Shown: positions 23,637 through 33,978 of the stretch, in pieces
Layout of the letters: every line of letters starts with the position of its first letter
Numbering within the stretch: position 1 is the first letter of the stretch
From: Candidatus Poribacteria bacterium
GTDB taxonomy: Bacteria > Poribacteria > WGA-4E > WGA-3G
Assembly: GCA_965205025.1 (NCBI GenBank)
Contig: CBDBFU010000014.1
Span: 352,001-416,000, forward strand
Reading direction: 5' to 3'
Length of the DNA stretch: 64,000 nucleotides
Notes under the pieces: model-generated
Database searches by the model: none
What the model was told of the DNA's origin: nothing
Seen by the model: the letters and a program-made list of their open reading frames with translations, nothing else
Made by a program: the position numbers and the translations under genes

Positions 23637-24646
23637 TCCATCTTCTCCGTAGCAGAAAAAACTGTCTCAGGCTTTATCCATTCAAGATTTTGGTGTGCCA
23701 CATCAGCATATTCATCCCATTCTTTAGGAGTTAACGTCTTCATATACTCACACCCTTCCTTTGCAATCACAGTATGTTTCTTCCATGGAGGTCCCCATTG
23801 CGTAGGATTAGATCCTCCAAACAGAGCAATTGTTGGTGTCTTTACTGCTGTACTAAGATGCATCGGTCCTGTATCGTTACTGATATATAGATTGCATTTT
23901 TGTAGGATTGCAGCAAGTTGCATCGGTGTAACATTATCAAGTATTAATGGAGTATTTTTCAATCGTAATGATACTTGTTGTGCCAATTCACCTTCTCGCG
24001 GTCCTGTAGTAATCAGAATATGACAATCGTATGCATCATGAAGCATGTTCCCCAGTGTAGCAAATTTGTCGGCAGACCATCTTCGATAGGATGTGGCTGC
24101 TCCTGGATTGAATCCAATGATTGGTTTGTTATCATCCAGATTGTTGTTTTTTATATATTCATCAACCCATACCTTGCCTGATTCATCTATAAATACTTCA
24201 GGTTCATCATCTTCAACATCAATACCAATAGATCGGACAACATCAAGATAGCGTTGTGTTTCGTGTTGGGAGGTATTATTCGGTACAGAGTGTATCAGCA
24301 ATCTTTTTCCACCAGTATTTGTTTTGAATCCGATACGTAATGGTATTCCTGCAATGAAAGTATGCAGGACTAAACGAAAAGTTGGTTGTAATACTACAGC
24401 TAACTGGAACTTCCTACGAACAAGTTGATATAATGACTTTGGGATTGAAGATTGATAGATTATGACTTCATCTAAGTGTGGATTTGCAGAAATTAAATCC
24501 TCACGGGTTGGTGCAACCAAATATGCAATATATGCATCTCGAAAGTGGTGTCTTAATGCTCGGATGACAGGAGTTGTCAACACCGTTTCTCCCAGTGGTG
24601 CATGTCTTATGATAAGGATTCGGTCAATTTCACCAGGAGCATACAT
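23612..24646 (-). CDS. Glycosyltransferase family 9 (LPS heptosyltransferase-like)
   Basis: ILIIRHAPLGE, NPGA...RRW, SNDTGPMHL, ALFG. Confidence 0.9.
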   Translation of the reverse strand: MYAPGEIDRILIIRHAPLGETVLTTPVIRALRHHFRDAYIAYLVAPTREDLISANPHLDEVIIYQSSIPKSLYQLVRRKFQLAVVLQPTFRLVLHTFIAGIPLRIGFKTNTGGKRLLIHSVPNNTSQHETQRYLDVVRSIGIDVEDDEPEVFIDESGKVWVDEYIKNNNLDDNKPIIGFNPGAATSYRRWSADKFATLGNMLHDAYDCHILITTGPREGELAQQVSLRLKNTPLILDNVTPMQLAAILQKCNLYISNDTGPMHLSTAVKTPTIALFGGSNPTQWGPPWKKHTVIAKEGCEYMKTLTPKEWDEYADVAHQNLEWIKPETVFSATEKMEWNPQDIS

Positions 24647-24731
24647 TGCAGTACTTCTTCTATAATCTTATAGGAATTGCTATAATCTAATCGCAAGTGT
24701 ATAATACACACAAAACGGATAGGATGTCAAG

Positions 24732-25454
24732 GTGAAAACATATCTGCAAAGACTTAAAGAGACATATCTACACGGATGGGAACGGCAAGAAACAGTCATA
24801 CTTCTAAGTTCTGCCTTCTTATTAACAATTCATAGAAAATATAGTCGAACTCGTATTTTTCGTACACATTTTTCAGAATATTTTATCGACTTCCCACTAT
24901 CTGAAAGTTACCCCTACTACTACTGGTTTCTATCAACTGCAATCACCCTATTTCTATTACCTATAATTGTCGGTTTAATCGGTACGAAAATGCCATTGAA
25001 AGAGTACGGCATTCGACTTGGAAATAGGAAAATTGGATTATTGGTTACCGTTGGTGCAGTTTTATTTATGATACCAGTAATTATGGTTGCTGTTGCAATT
25101 TATCCTGCTTTTTTAAAGAAATATCCGCTCAGTAAGGTTGTAGCAATCAGCTGGAAACCATTCCTTCTATACCAGTTGGCTTATGGTGTTTACATGTACT
25201 CTTGGGAGTTCTTTTTTAGAGGATATATGTTATTTGGTTTGGAGAAACGATTTGGTAATTATAGTATATTAATCCAGACTATTCCATTTGCTGTCATGCA
25301 CTTTTCCAAACCTTTTCCTGAAGCCATCGGTTCAATATTTGCAGGTGTGTTTTTGGGTGTTTTAGCACTCGAAACACGGTCTTTTATCTATGGTGCAACG
25401 ATACATTGGTTGGTTGCTATGACAATGGATATCGTGGCAACAAACTTTAGATGA
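24732..25454 (+). CDS. CPBP-family intramembrane metalloprotease
   Basis: WEFFFRG, FAVMH..KP..E, H near the C-terminus. Confidence 0.88.
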   Translation: MKTYLQRLKETYLHGWERQETVILLSSAFLLTIHRKYSRTRIFRTHFSEYFIDFPLSESYPYYYWFLSTAITLFLLPIIVGLIGTKMPLKEYGIRLGNRKIGLLVTVGAVLFMIPVIMVAVAIYPAFLKKYPLSKVVAISWKPFLLYQLAYGVYMYSWEFFFRGYMLFGLEKRFGNYSILIQTIPFAVMHFSKPFPEAIGSIFAGVFLGVLALETRSFIYGATIHWLVAMTMDIVATNFR

Positions 25455-25534
25455 TTTTATGCTATTTCAACATCAGTTTGATAACAAAAAATGTCAGTTC
25501 GATAAACAGAATTTTGTCCTGAATATAGTCTTTG

Positions 25535-25790
25535 TAGCACAAACTTTCCAGTTTGTGCACTCTGGTGTTAACTAAAAGTTCGGGTTACAATGTGTCATAT
25601 CAAACTCTCGTTATTTCAGTAATTGTTTTTACACTCATATACATTTATGTGGGTGTGTTTCTCTATGCAGACGGTAGGATTGTTTGTTCTGAAGTGTTTT
25701 AGGGGGTAGTGTTAGTGCGTTGGCGCGCTAAACTGCTATGAAGTTCTGATTTGATATATGGTAATTTACTGAAACTAATTGACACCTTAT
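25535..25790. repeat. GTAG-type REP palindrome plus degenerate MITE-like ends
   Basis: gtagcacaaactttccagtttgtgc hairpin; ggtgttaactaa (~25564) vs ctaattgacacc (~25776) imperfect inverted ends. Confidence 0.45.
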
Positions 25791-25815
25791 GTGTTCTAAT
25801 CAAGTGAAACCATTA

Positions 25816-26232
25816 CTATTCCTTCTCTGATTTACTCTCTCCTTCTTTTTTAAATTGTAACTCAGCCTTTAGGCGTTTATTTTCCTCTTGTAATCTCTTA
25901 TTTTCAGCCTCTAATGCTGCTCTTTGTTTTCGGTTTTCCCGGCTAATTTTGTATTTTTCCAAAGCGTCTTGAGCGAATTTAATACCTGATACAGTGAAAC
26001 CCATGAGAAGTCCTCCTATATGAATCACAAGTGATGATACTAATAAAAAAAGTGGAATAAGCGTGCTTATCTCTAATAAAGTCGTATTAAGATTCTGATT
26101 CTCAGGTTTTATGTAAATCCAATACGGATAAATTAAAATAGCTGCAATCCATATCGCAAATAGCGTCCAGTCATTTATGAATTGTCTGATTGAATGTTGA
26201 TCTTTTTCTTCAGTATCCTTTTTATTTTTCAT
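25816..26232 (-). CDS. Hypothetical 2-TM protein with C-terminal coiled coil
   Basis: Two hydrophobic segments; ENKRLQEENKRLKAE repeat. Confidence 0.6.
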   Translation of the reverse strand: MKNKKDTEEKDQHSIRQFINDWTLFAIWIAAILIYPYWIYIKPENQNLNTTLLEISTLIPLFLLVSSLVIHIGGLLMGFTVSGIKFAQDALEKYKISRENRKQRAALEAENKRLQEENKRLKAELQFKKEGESKSEKE

Positions 26233-26374
26233 AATATATAAAAAATTATACGCGATATGTTTATAAAATTCAACAAATAATTAGGTGAAACCCAACATTT
26301 CCTGTATGTCCAGCGTTACATGTTGGGTTTCGTTCCTCAACCCCATAGGCATCAATTTAGTGAGATTCTTATAT

Positions 26375-26448
26375 TTCTTCTCTTCTGTAGGAGGGAACTC
26401 CGATTCCCGACTCTTCTCTTCTGTAGGAGGGAACTCCGATCCCCGATC
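26375..26448. repeat. Two tandem 36-bp GTAG-REP units
   Basis: tcttctcttctgtaggagggaactccgat(t/c)cccga twice; related inverted copy near 40425-40450. Confidence 0.8.
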
Positions 26449-26593
26449 TTTCAAGAAGCTAATGCTAAATCTATACCATGGGAATCGATTGTTGTGATTA
26501 ACAGGAAATTATGATAGAATTTCGTCTATCAAAGACTTAATACACTCATATCAGAATGATATACACAAGGAAATTATACCCTTAGGAGTCATC

Positions 26594-27811
26594 ATGGCAG
26601 AGAAACAGTTCAAAGTTCGAGCAGCACATTGTGATTACAGGGCATCAGAAGAAGAGATATATCAGATTTTGCGTCGTATTACGGATCCTCTTACACGTGC
26701 TTGGAAACCTATTGAAGATGCTAAGAAGGTTGTCATTAAATTCAATATGATGAAACCGCATGAACGTATCATCTATTTTGAAGGTCGACGTCGGGAGCTT
26801 GTAGATGATGCTGTGTGCCGTGCTGTTCTCAGATTACTCAAAGAACATACAACTGCACAACTGATTGCAACTGATACAAACCCTTATACCCATGGTCATC
26901 GAATGCCTCCCGGCTTCAACTATGAACACCATCTGAAGGAGTTTGATGTCCAGTTCGTGGATTCAAACCTACCTCCGTTTAAGATATACGATGTCCCAGG
27001 TGGTGGTTCAATGTTTGATCGCTATACATTAAGTTCATGTTTTGAGGATGCAGATGCAGTGGTATCCGTTGCTAAGATGAAAAATCATGCTTTTATGGGT
27101 ATCACCTTATGTACTAAGAATCTTTTTGGTTTACCGCCGATGTTGTTACCTGAAGGTAGAACACGAAGTTATTATCATCATATTATTCGATTGTCGTACG
27201 TCTTGCCTGATCTCGCTTTGATTACAAAACCGTGTTTAAACATCATTGATGCACTCACAGGACAGTGGGGACGAGAATGGGGTGGCGAAGGAAGAATCTG
27301 TAACGCTCTAATTGCTGGGGATCATCCGATTTCCACAGACACAGTAGGTATGCATCTGATGGGTCATGATCCTACTTCTGATTGGCCAACACCTCCGTTT
27401 AAACGTGATAGAAACCATATTCTGATTGCAGCACAACGTGGGTATGGTACCGTCAACTTAGATGAAATTGATTGGGAAAGCGAAGTTAAAGCTCCACTGG
27501 CTGAATTTGATTCTGTTGAAACAGACAGTCAAGAAACGGTTGCAAATTGGCGTCGCACAACCTGTGAACAAGGATTGGTATATCTTGAAAACCAGAGAGA
27601 TATGGTTGATCGGTATCGAGGGGAGTTCATATATTTACAAGGTGGAGAGGTAGTGTGGAATGGACCGGATCCATCTAATCTTGGTAGTCGTCGTCAACTA
27701 AGTGGCCCACAGAAGGATAGTGCCCTTTGGCTTAAACTTGTTGATGCCGAAGAACTTGAAGGTGAACGTTTTGATGTATACGAAGATTGTTTAAAAACCT
27801 TTGCTGCGTAA
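26594..27811 (+). CDS. DUF362 domain protein
   Basis: VVIKFN, SVAKMKNH, TLCTKNLFG, IIDAL.G, AGDHPISTD. Confidence 0.85.
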   Translation: MAEKQFKVRAAHCDYRASEEEIYQILRRITDPLTRAWKPIEDAKKVVIKFNMMKPHERIIYFEGRRRELVDDAVCRAVLRLLKEHTTAQLIATDTNPYTHGHRMPPGFNYEHHLKEFDVQFVDSNLPPFKIYDVPGGGSMFDRYTLSSCFEDADAVVSVAKMKNHAFMGITLCTKNLFGLPPMLLPEGRTRSYYHHIIRLSYVLPDLALITKPCLNIIDALTGQWGREWGGEGRICNALIAGDHPISTDTVGMHLMGHDPTSDWPTPPFKRDRNHILIAAQRGYGTVNLDEIDWESEVKAPLAEFDSVETDSQETVANWRRTTCEQGLVYLENQRDMVDRYRGEFIYLQGGEVVWNGPDPSNLGSRRQLSGPQKDSALWLKLVDAEELEGERFDVYEDCLKTFAA

Positions 27812-27904
27812 TCAACCTGTTAGTATTGATATATTTGGATTCTCTATCCACCTATTTATGGTGAATTTTGAAAATAAATATACACTTTTCTGCCTTGGTA
27901 GGTA

Positions 27905-28152
27905 TTGAGTCCCGGGGAATGCCTAAATGGCATTCATACCCGGGGAATGCCTAAATGTCATTCATACCGTTGATTCCTTGATTACTTGATTTGGTATGGG
28001 CGGAATGTCTATAGAAAAATTGATAGATTTACATTATGATTTAAGTAAAACAGGGACAATCATACAGATAATTGAGTCCCGTAGGGACGGAATGTCTATA
28101 GCAAAAGTGTATACCCCATAATTGAGTCCCGTAGGGACGGAATGTCTATAGA
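27905..28152. repeat. Cluster of palindromic REP-like units (gagtcccgtagggac-ggaatgtctatag) with a nested duplicated gaatgcctaaatggcattc hairpin
   Basis: Units seen directly at ~27906, 28074 and 28123; same modules at 197-228 and 36847-36960. Confidence 0.8.
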
Positions 28153-28242
28153 ATACCGTTTAAACTAAATTGGCTTTTCCGATCTCTATTAATGTAATCA
28201 AATTAAGTAAAATTGGTATTAGATAGTCCAGGAGTATGAATT

Positions 28243-28995
28243 ATGAGTATTTCTGAATCTCAAAAGAAACAGTTAGATGAACAAGGGTGTATTGTCATAC
28301 CTGATGTGTTTTCAGAGGAAGAAATAGAGATGTATAGAGCAGATATCCTCCGAATCGCTGAGGAAGAGAAACAGGATGGTTCTGCATTACGGCATACTGA
28401 AGGCTACGGTCAACATGTACGTTGGTTGATGAATAAGGGGGAGATATATGAACGGATGGTTGCTCACCCTAAGGTCATGCCTTTCTTTGAACATCTACTT
28501 GGCGCGGACTACACCTTAAGTACACTTACATCTAATATCATTGATCCCGGTGCTCCTGATGGTGGATATCATGTTGATAGTGTGTTAGGTGGAATGCCAG
28601 AGCCACTCCCAAGTTTTCCATTAGTTGCCAATAGTTTGTGGTTACTTGATGATTTCACACCAGAGAATGGCGGTACACGTCATGTGCCGGGGATTCATTT
28701 ACAAAGGATAAAACCTCCACCCGGAACAACACACCATCCTGAAGAAGTACGACTATCCGCTCCAAAGGGTTCTGTGTTTTTATTCAATGGAGCGATATGG
28801 CATTCTGCCGGTGCCAATAATACAGATCGTCAACGGATTGCTTTGATATGTTTCTGTTGTCGATCATTTGTGAAACCGATGTTTGATTTTGTTCATCATC
28901 TGAAACCTGATGTTTTTGAACGTGCCACCCCAACGATGCGTCGTATTTACGGATTTGACTCCCAACCTCGACCACCCGACAAACCTAATCAGTAG
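28243..28995 (+). CDS. PhyH family dioxygenase
   Basis: YHVD, LDDFTPENGGT..VPG.H, IWHSAGAN. Confidence 0.88.
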   Translation: MSISESQKKQLDEQGCIVIPDVFSEEEIEMYRADILRIAEEEKQDGSALRHTEGYGQHVRWLMNKGEIYERMVAHPKVMPFFEHLLGADYTLSTLTSNIIDPGAPDGGYHVDSVLGGMPEPLPSFPLVANSLWLLDDFTPENGGTRHVPGIHLQRIKPPPGTTHHPEEVRLSAPKGSVFLFNGAIWHSAGANNTDRQRIALICFCCRSFVKPMFDFVHHLKPDVFERATPTMRRIYGFDSQPRPPDKPNQ

Positions 28996-29021
28996 AGATT
29001 AACCAAAGGAGGTAACACATA

Positions 29022-29249
29022 ATGGCTAAAGAGAAAAAGTCAACCCAACAATCCAATAAAAAAGTTGGCGGAGAAAGAATAAACAAATCATGGCTTACGC
29101 CCTCTCGTCCAATAACGCCAACCCCTGAAGGTTCTGTACCCCCTGATACACCATCACAACCTGCACCAAAGACTACGGATACACCGTCAAAGCCAGCACC
29201 AAAACCTACGGATACATCGGCGAAACCACAACCTCGCGAAAAAAAATAG
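29022..29249 (+). CDS. Small Pro/Thr/Lys-rich protein with 11-aa internal repeats
   Basis: Strong SD aaggaggt; DTPSQPAPKTT/DTPSKPAPKPT repeats. Confidence 0.6.
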   Translation: MAKEKKSTQQSNKKVGGERINKSWLTPSRPITPTPEGSVPPDTPSQPAPKTTDTPSKPAPKPTDTSAKPQPREKK

Positions 29250-29385
29250 TTATATTCGTGGAAAACAAGCATAAGGCACGGCTCATTCATTGTGGACGTG
29301 CCTATTCACCTGCAATTCCCTCCACTTGACACAATCCCATCCTTCATGCTATCCTTTTCAAAATAACACAGCATGGAAAACACCA

Positions 29386-31041
29386 ATGACACAAAACTTC
29401 CCCGACAACGCACTATACGAAATGGATAATCTTTCCGTGCTACGCGGCATGAACAGCGAAACCGTTGATCTTATTGCAACCGACCCACCCTTCAACATCA
29501 AACGCAACCGCAGTGGCACCGCTGGCCACTATGTAGACAACTGGAAATGGGGAGACTCCGGCATATTGCCAGACCAATGGAAATGGAATGAAGTACATCC
29601 AAAATGGCTTGAAGAAATCAAAGACAATCACACCGCCTTATACCATGCCATAGACGCTGCGAAACATTGTCAAGGCGAAGATACCGCTGCATTCCTGTGC
29701 TTTCTCAGTGTTAGACTCATTGAAATGCACCGTATTCTAAAAGAGACAGGTAGCATCTATTTGCATTGTGATCCCACCGCAAGCCACTACATCAAAATGT
29801 GTATGGATGCTATCTTTGATCGGAAAAACTTTAGGTCTGAGATTACCTGGAAGCGTGCAACGTCTACACAAAAAGGATCTCAACATCGAAGTAAAAGATG
29901 GGGAAACAACGCGGATATCATTTTCTATTATGCAGCATCTTCTTCCACATCATTGTCTCCAGAGAGAGAGTTGACGGAAACCGAAATCTTAGAGAAATTC
30001 AAGCTTACAGACAAGAATGGACAATTGTATTACGACGACTCCGCCCATATTTGGAGTACTCCAAATATGGGCGCGCGTCCGAACCTTTGTTATGAGTGGC
30101 GCGGTTTCGTGAATCCGCATCCCTCTGGGTGGAGGTTAAGCAAAGAACGTTTGGAGGAAGAATATCAAAAAGGGAATTTCGTTATTCGTCCTGATGGAAA
30201 ACTGGAACGGAGGAAATATCTAAAGGATTACAAAGGCGCGTCTTTTGGTAATATTTGGGATGACGTGCCTCCACCCAGCGGAGAAGAACGCACCGGCTCT
30301 CCCGACCAAAAACCACTTGCCCTCTATGAACGCATTATCAAAGCGAGTAGTAATGAAGGTGATCTTGTATTAGACCCATTCTGCGGATGTGCAACAACGA
30401 TTATCGCTGCCAATAATCTCAAACGTCGCTGGGTCGGTATTGATAGACGTGTGGATGCTCGTTACCACATTATCACTCGACTGATGGGTATTAGCAAAAA
30501 AGAACGCGAAGATCTTGAAAAACTTGCACAGGATGTAGATTGGGTCAACGACTTTCTTGAAAAACAGACTCAGAAATATGAAATCCACTATCAAACAGAT
30601 CCTCCCGTCCGTAACGATGACGAAACCGAACAAGACAATTCCCCGCAGTTATCCCATGTCTATCAGCACCATCTCGAACCGCTGCATAGCCATGCAGAGA
30701 TGCACCAATTCCTTGTTGATCAGTTCGGATTGAAATGTTGGGGGTGCAACTATGTCCCACCCGATAAACGCTATTTACACCTTGACCATATCATTCCGAA
30801 AAGCGATGGTGGTTCGAATGACATAGACAATCGCGCACTCTTATGTCAACCGTGCAATAGTAAGAAATCTAATACGATGAGTCTCACATCGCTACGCAGA
30901 CAAAACAAAAAAGAAGGATATATCCAACAGGGTGAAGCGATAGACCTCCAAGCTGCTTTAGCGTGGACGCGATCCCTTTTAGTCCAAACACTCCGCGAAA
31001 CACCCTATCAACAGCCACTCCCCCTTGAAAGTGAAAGGTAG
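29386..31041 (+). CDS. N4/N6 DNA methyltransferase (beta class) fused to a C-terminal HNH endonuclease
   Basis: DPPF, QKP..L, VLDPFCGCATT; CWGC...HLDHIIPKSDGG...N...CQPCN; start reassigned to ATG 29386. Confidence 0.9.
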   Translation: MTQNFPDNALYEMDNLSVLRGMNSETVDLIATDPPFNIKRNRSGTAGHYVDNWKWGDSGILPDQWKWNEVHPKWLEEIKDNHTALYHAIDAAKHCQGEDTAAFLCFLSVRLIEMHRILKETGSIYLHCDPTASHYIKMCMDAIFDRKNFRSEITWKRATSTQKGSQHRSKRWGNNADIIFYYAASSSTSLSPERELTETEILEKFKLTDKNGQLYYDDSAHIWSTPNMGARPNLCYEWRGFVNPHPSGWRLSKERLEEEYQKGNFVIRPDGKLERRKYLKDYKGASFGNIWDDVPPPSGEERTGSPDQKPLALYERIIKASSNEGDLVLDPFCGCATTIIAANNLKRRWVGIDRRVDARYHIITRLMGISKKEREDLEKLAQDVDWVNDFLEKQTQKYEIHYQTDPPVRNDDETEQDNSPQLSHVYQHHLEPLHSHAEMHQFLVDQFGLKCWGCNYVPPDKRYLHLDHIIPKSDGGSNDIDNRALLCQPCNSKKSNTMSLTSLRRQNKKEGYIQQGEAIDLQAALAWTRSLLVQTLRETPYQQPLPLESER

Positions 31042-31326
31042 CATCATCCAAAACATCTTGTAGAAAGATGAAATTTGGAAAGCTCTCCTAAAAAAACAGA
31101 TACATTGTTGGAATCAAGTTACGCTGCAGTCCGCAGGTTTAAGGTTGTAACTATACCCATCACGTTTTTGAAGCAAACGGATTTCGGTAACATCATGGTA
31201 AAGACTCCGATAAGTTGTTGAAACTGCCACCGCTTGCGAACCCGTGGATAGGTAAAGCCATGCCACAGCCAAGTTTGTTTGATGATGTTAACACAGAATA
31301 AACTGGTTAAAACATAGGGTGTATCC

Positions 31327-31596
31327 ATCAAAACGAAAAGAAACTGGAAACAATTTATACTTCGCATTGTATGGGTTCTGTCATCAATAGGTGGAGTAGT
31401 TGGGTTAGTAATACCTATCGTAATGATCTCTGAACCCGGTGCAAATATCTCAGAGTTCGATTTGGAAATCCTTGGTTTTTTTATATTTATTCCCTTATAC
31501 TTGTTCGCTCTTCCTTGGCTATTCTATTTTGTTGGTTACTTTATCATCTATAAAATAATCTTATGGATAATACAAGGACTAAACGAAGAAGATTAA
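31327..31596 (+). CDS. Small 2-TM membrane protein not in the ORF track (starts ATC rather than ATG)
   Basis: Open frame IKTKRNWKQFILRIVWVLSSIGG...WIIQGLNEED*, preceded by a gggtg SD-like sequence. Confidence 0.5.
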   Translation: MKTKRNWKQFILRIVWVLSSIGGVVGLVIPIVMISEPGANISEFDLEILGFFIFIPLYLFALPWLFYFVGYFIIYKIILWIIQGLNEED

Positions 31597-31723
31597 ACAT
31601 AATCTAAAAATACATTAATGTATTGCGATAAGGTTGTATAACGCAAGTTACTTGACATGCATTACTATATTTACTATAATTGTAATATAATTAATTATAC
31701 TATAGTATAAAAAGGAGATACCC

Positions 31724-32062
31724 ATGACGAATTACGGACCAATGTCTTATGAAGACCATTGGAGTTCTCCGGTGGCTATGGATCTTTTCGGGCAATGGCT
31801 ATCTTTACGAGAAGTGGTAGAAAAAAAAACCGATCAAGTATCATTTACCGATTTGTCCTTTGAGAAGAAATCAGAATTGGTTGTGGAACGTATTCGGTTA
31901 CGTCCACAATTTGAGATGAGCGTGATAGGTAAAGAAATTATTGACAAAAAACGGGCCATCAAAGAAGTGAAACGTCGAACGTCCTTGGGTCGCACCTTAA
32001 TTGATATTGAGCAGCGAATGATTAGAATGTTACTTGAAAGTGCCCGTGAAGGAAAACTTTGA
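31724..32062 (+). CDS. Hypothetical 112-aa protein
   Basis: SD aaggag; ttgaca...tactat promoter-like sequence at ~31652-31678. Confidence 0.7.
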   Translation: MTNYGPMSYEDHWSSPVAMDLFGQWLSLREVVEKKTDQVSFTDLSFEKKSELVVERIRLRPQFEMSVIGKEIIDKKRAIKEVKRRTSLGRTLIDIEQRMIRMLLESAREGKL

Positions 32063-32083
32063 GATACAAAATGAAAGAACAGC

Positions 32084-32743
32084 TTGGACAAAAAACGGCG
32101 TGTTGAATTGAGACTTGATTTGAAAATCCTTGCTATTGATTCCAGTTATGATAAAATTACACAAGGTTCTTATGAGTATCGGAATCGATATGTTTATCCA
32201 TACTTGGAAAACAGAGGTTTTGAAATTGTACGTTGTCAGGATCAATCAGCGCGTCGTTTTTATGTTAAATCTAAATTATCCCAAAAAGATATTGTTTACA
32301 TAACAGGTGTAGGACATGGGACTGACACGGTGTATATAGGAGAAGATTCTAAACCTATTTTTGATGTGGGTAAGTATCAACCCGAAGAACTAAACAATAA
32401 GATAGTCCATCTTTTTGCTTGTCACACTGCTTCTGAACTTGGACCAGACCTTGTGAAGCATGGATGTCTCGCTTTTTTTGGTTATGATGTTGAGTACATT
32501 GTTTACATGCATGTTTCTGATGCTTTTTTCGACTGTGACTCTGAAATAGATCGAGCGTTTGCAGAAGGTCTAACAGCAGAACAAGTATACGAGCGCGCAA
32601 TTGAATACTATGATTGCAAAATATCTGAATTGAAAGATGGAGGACACTACAAGGAAGCTGCAGCTTTAGAATACAACCAAGAACATCTCTGTGCTCCTTC
32701 AGTTAATCCTAAGTGGGGAAATAAAAACGCGAGACTTCAATAG
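32084..32743 (+). CDS. Putative clan CD (gingipain C25/caspase-like) cysteine peptidase
   Basis: beta-strand-GHG (YITGVGHG) and beta-strand-AC (VHLFACHT) dyad, followed by G..AFFGY. Confidence 0.65.
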   Translation: MDKKRRVELRLDLKILAIDSSYDKITQGSYEYRNRYVYPYLENRGFEIVRCQDQSARRFYVKSKLSQKDIVYITGVGHGTDTVYIGEDSKPIFDVGKYQPEELNNKIVHLFACHTASELGPDLVKHGCLAFFGYDVEYIVYMHVSDAFFDCDSEIDRAFAEGLTAEQVYERAIEYYDCKISELKDGGHYKEAAALEYNQEHLCAPSVNPKWGNKNARLQ

Positions 32744-32863
32744 TATTCAAATAACAGACTTTATTTCAGCTTATATGACGCTTTTAATCGCAAAATTCTG
32801 TTCTTCCCATTTTTCACGTAAAATTTCTCGGATCCTGTCTTTTGATGGACTGTCAGACATTGT

Positions 32864-33448
32864 TCACTCCTTATCATAATATTCGTGCAATTCAGTGATC
32901 CACCACTGAAGAACTTTGTTATAAGTTGTTTCGTCAAATTTAGGTATACGGTTAATCTCATCACGCACAAAAGGTGTGCCGGTAAATCCATCCTTTGTGG
33001 GATGCATATAATAATCACCATAACCATTTGGGAACTCCATGGATAATATGTCATATAAACGCATATAAGCTCGCCCACCTTTACCACCTTGCGTTGTATC
33101 CTTTAGGCTTTCAATCAAAAGCGGAATATAAATATGAAGATCAGATTCGTCTATCCAATCCCATTCAATTGATGTAACTTGTTGATAATAAAGTTCATCA
33201 TGCACATATATTCCTGGCAGCTTAGAATCACCTTTTTCATTTGATCCTTTGTAGTAAATTTTAAGGACCGTTGTCCCAGGCCCCCAAGGTCCTATCATAT
33301 AACAAACATTACCTTGAACAATATGCGGTGAACCATAAACTTCCGTAAATGCCCCAATTCGGGGTAATGAAGGTTGTTTGGCACATCCGACAATAACAAG
33401 CACTGTGAGAACGAGAGTGAACATAGAGAATCTACAAAAGTTTTTCAT
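32864..33448 (-). CDS. Putative lipoprotein
   Basis: Signal peptide with lipobox IVGC; SD ggagg. Confidence 0.65.
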   Translation of the reverse strand: MKNFCRFSMFTLVLTVLVIVGCAKQPSLPRIGAFTEVYGSPHIVQGNVCYMIGPWGPGTTVLKIYYKGSNEKGDSKLPGIYVHDELYYQQVTSIEWDWIDESDLHIYIPLLIESLKDTTQGGKGGRAYMRLYDILSMEFPNGYGDYYMHPTKDGFTGTPFVRDEINRIPKFDETTYNKVLQWWITELHEYYDKE

Positions 33449-33878
33449 GAGGGGTTGCCTCCAAAATAAAATATTTTGTTCCTATTTTAACCTTTGAAGA
33501 CATATATTCAACCTAATTACGTTTTCCATACTCACATTCGGCTAAAATAACCTCTCAATCTCAGCAAATTCTTCCTGTTCCCATTTCTCAGTTAAACGGG
33601 AGATATTATCATCTAACCTGCCACCAGCTGTGACCAGATCACAGTTGCAACTCAAACATGGCAAGCGATAACGTCAAGCATCTTGCGGTAGGTGGTGGCA
33701 AATTGCGTTGCAATCCTGCGGTGGCACCGCTTCGCAACGCACGTGCATTTATACCGTCTGTCTGATCATACCGATTTTTGATAGGTACACCATGCACAAT
33801 ACACCGGTGGGCAAAAATGCCGGTTGGAATAGTTGTATTCTCATTGAATTTTTCATACAAAACATGATATTCTTTGTA

Positions 33879-33966
33879 AGGACTCGTTACAGTTGCGGAA
33901 AATAAAGGAGACGATGTCCTCAAAGGGACACTCAATAGCATACTGAAACAAGCTGGTCTAAAATGA
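33879..33966 (+). pseudogene. hicA: HicA toxin C-terminal remnant
   Basis: GLVTVAENKGDDVLKGTLNSILKQAGLK*; no N-terminal GSH segment found. Confidence 0.7.
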
Positions 33967-33978
33967 GGTAAGAAACCA

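Noticed and set aside
27905-28152. Possible CRISPR array
   Set aside because: Only 2-3 imperfect units with irregular spacing, dispersed copies elsewhere, and no cas genes; REP-like instead
28985-29290. 101-aa Gly-rich minus-strand ORF
   Set aside because: Antisense of the Pro-rich ORF, which has the strong SD
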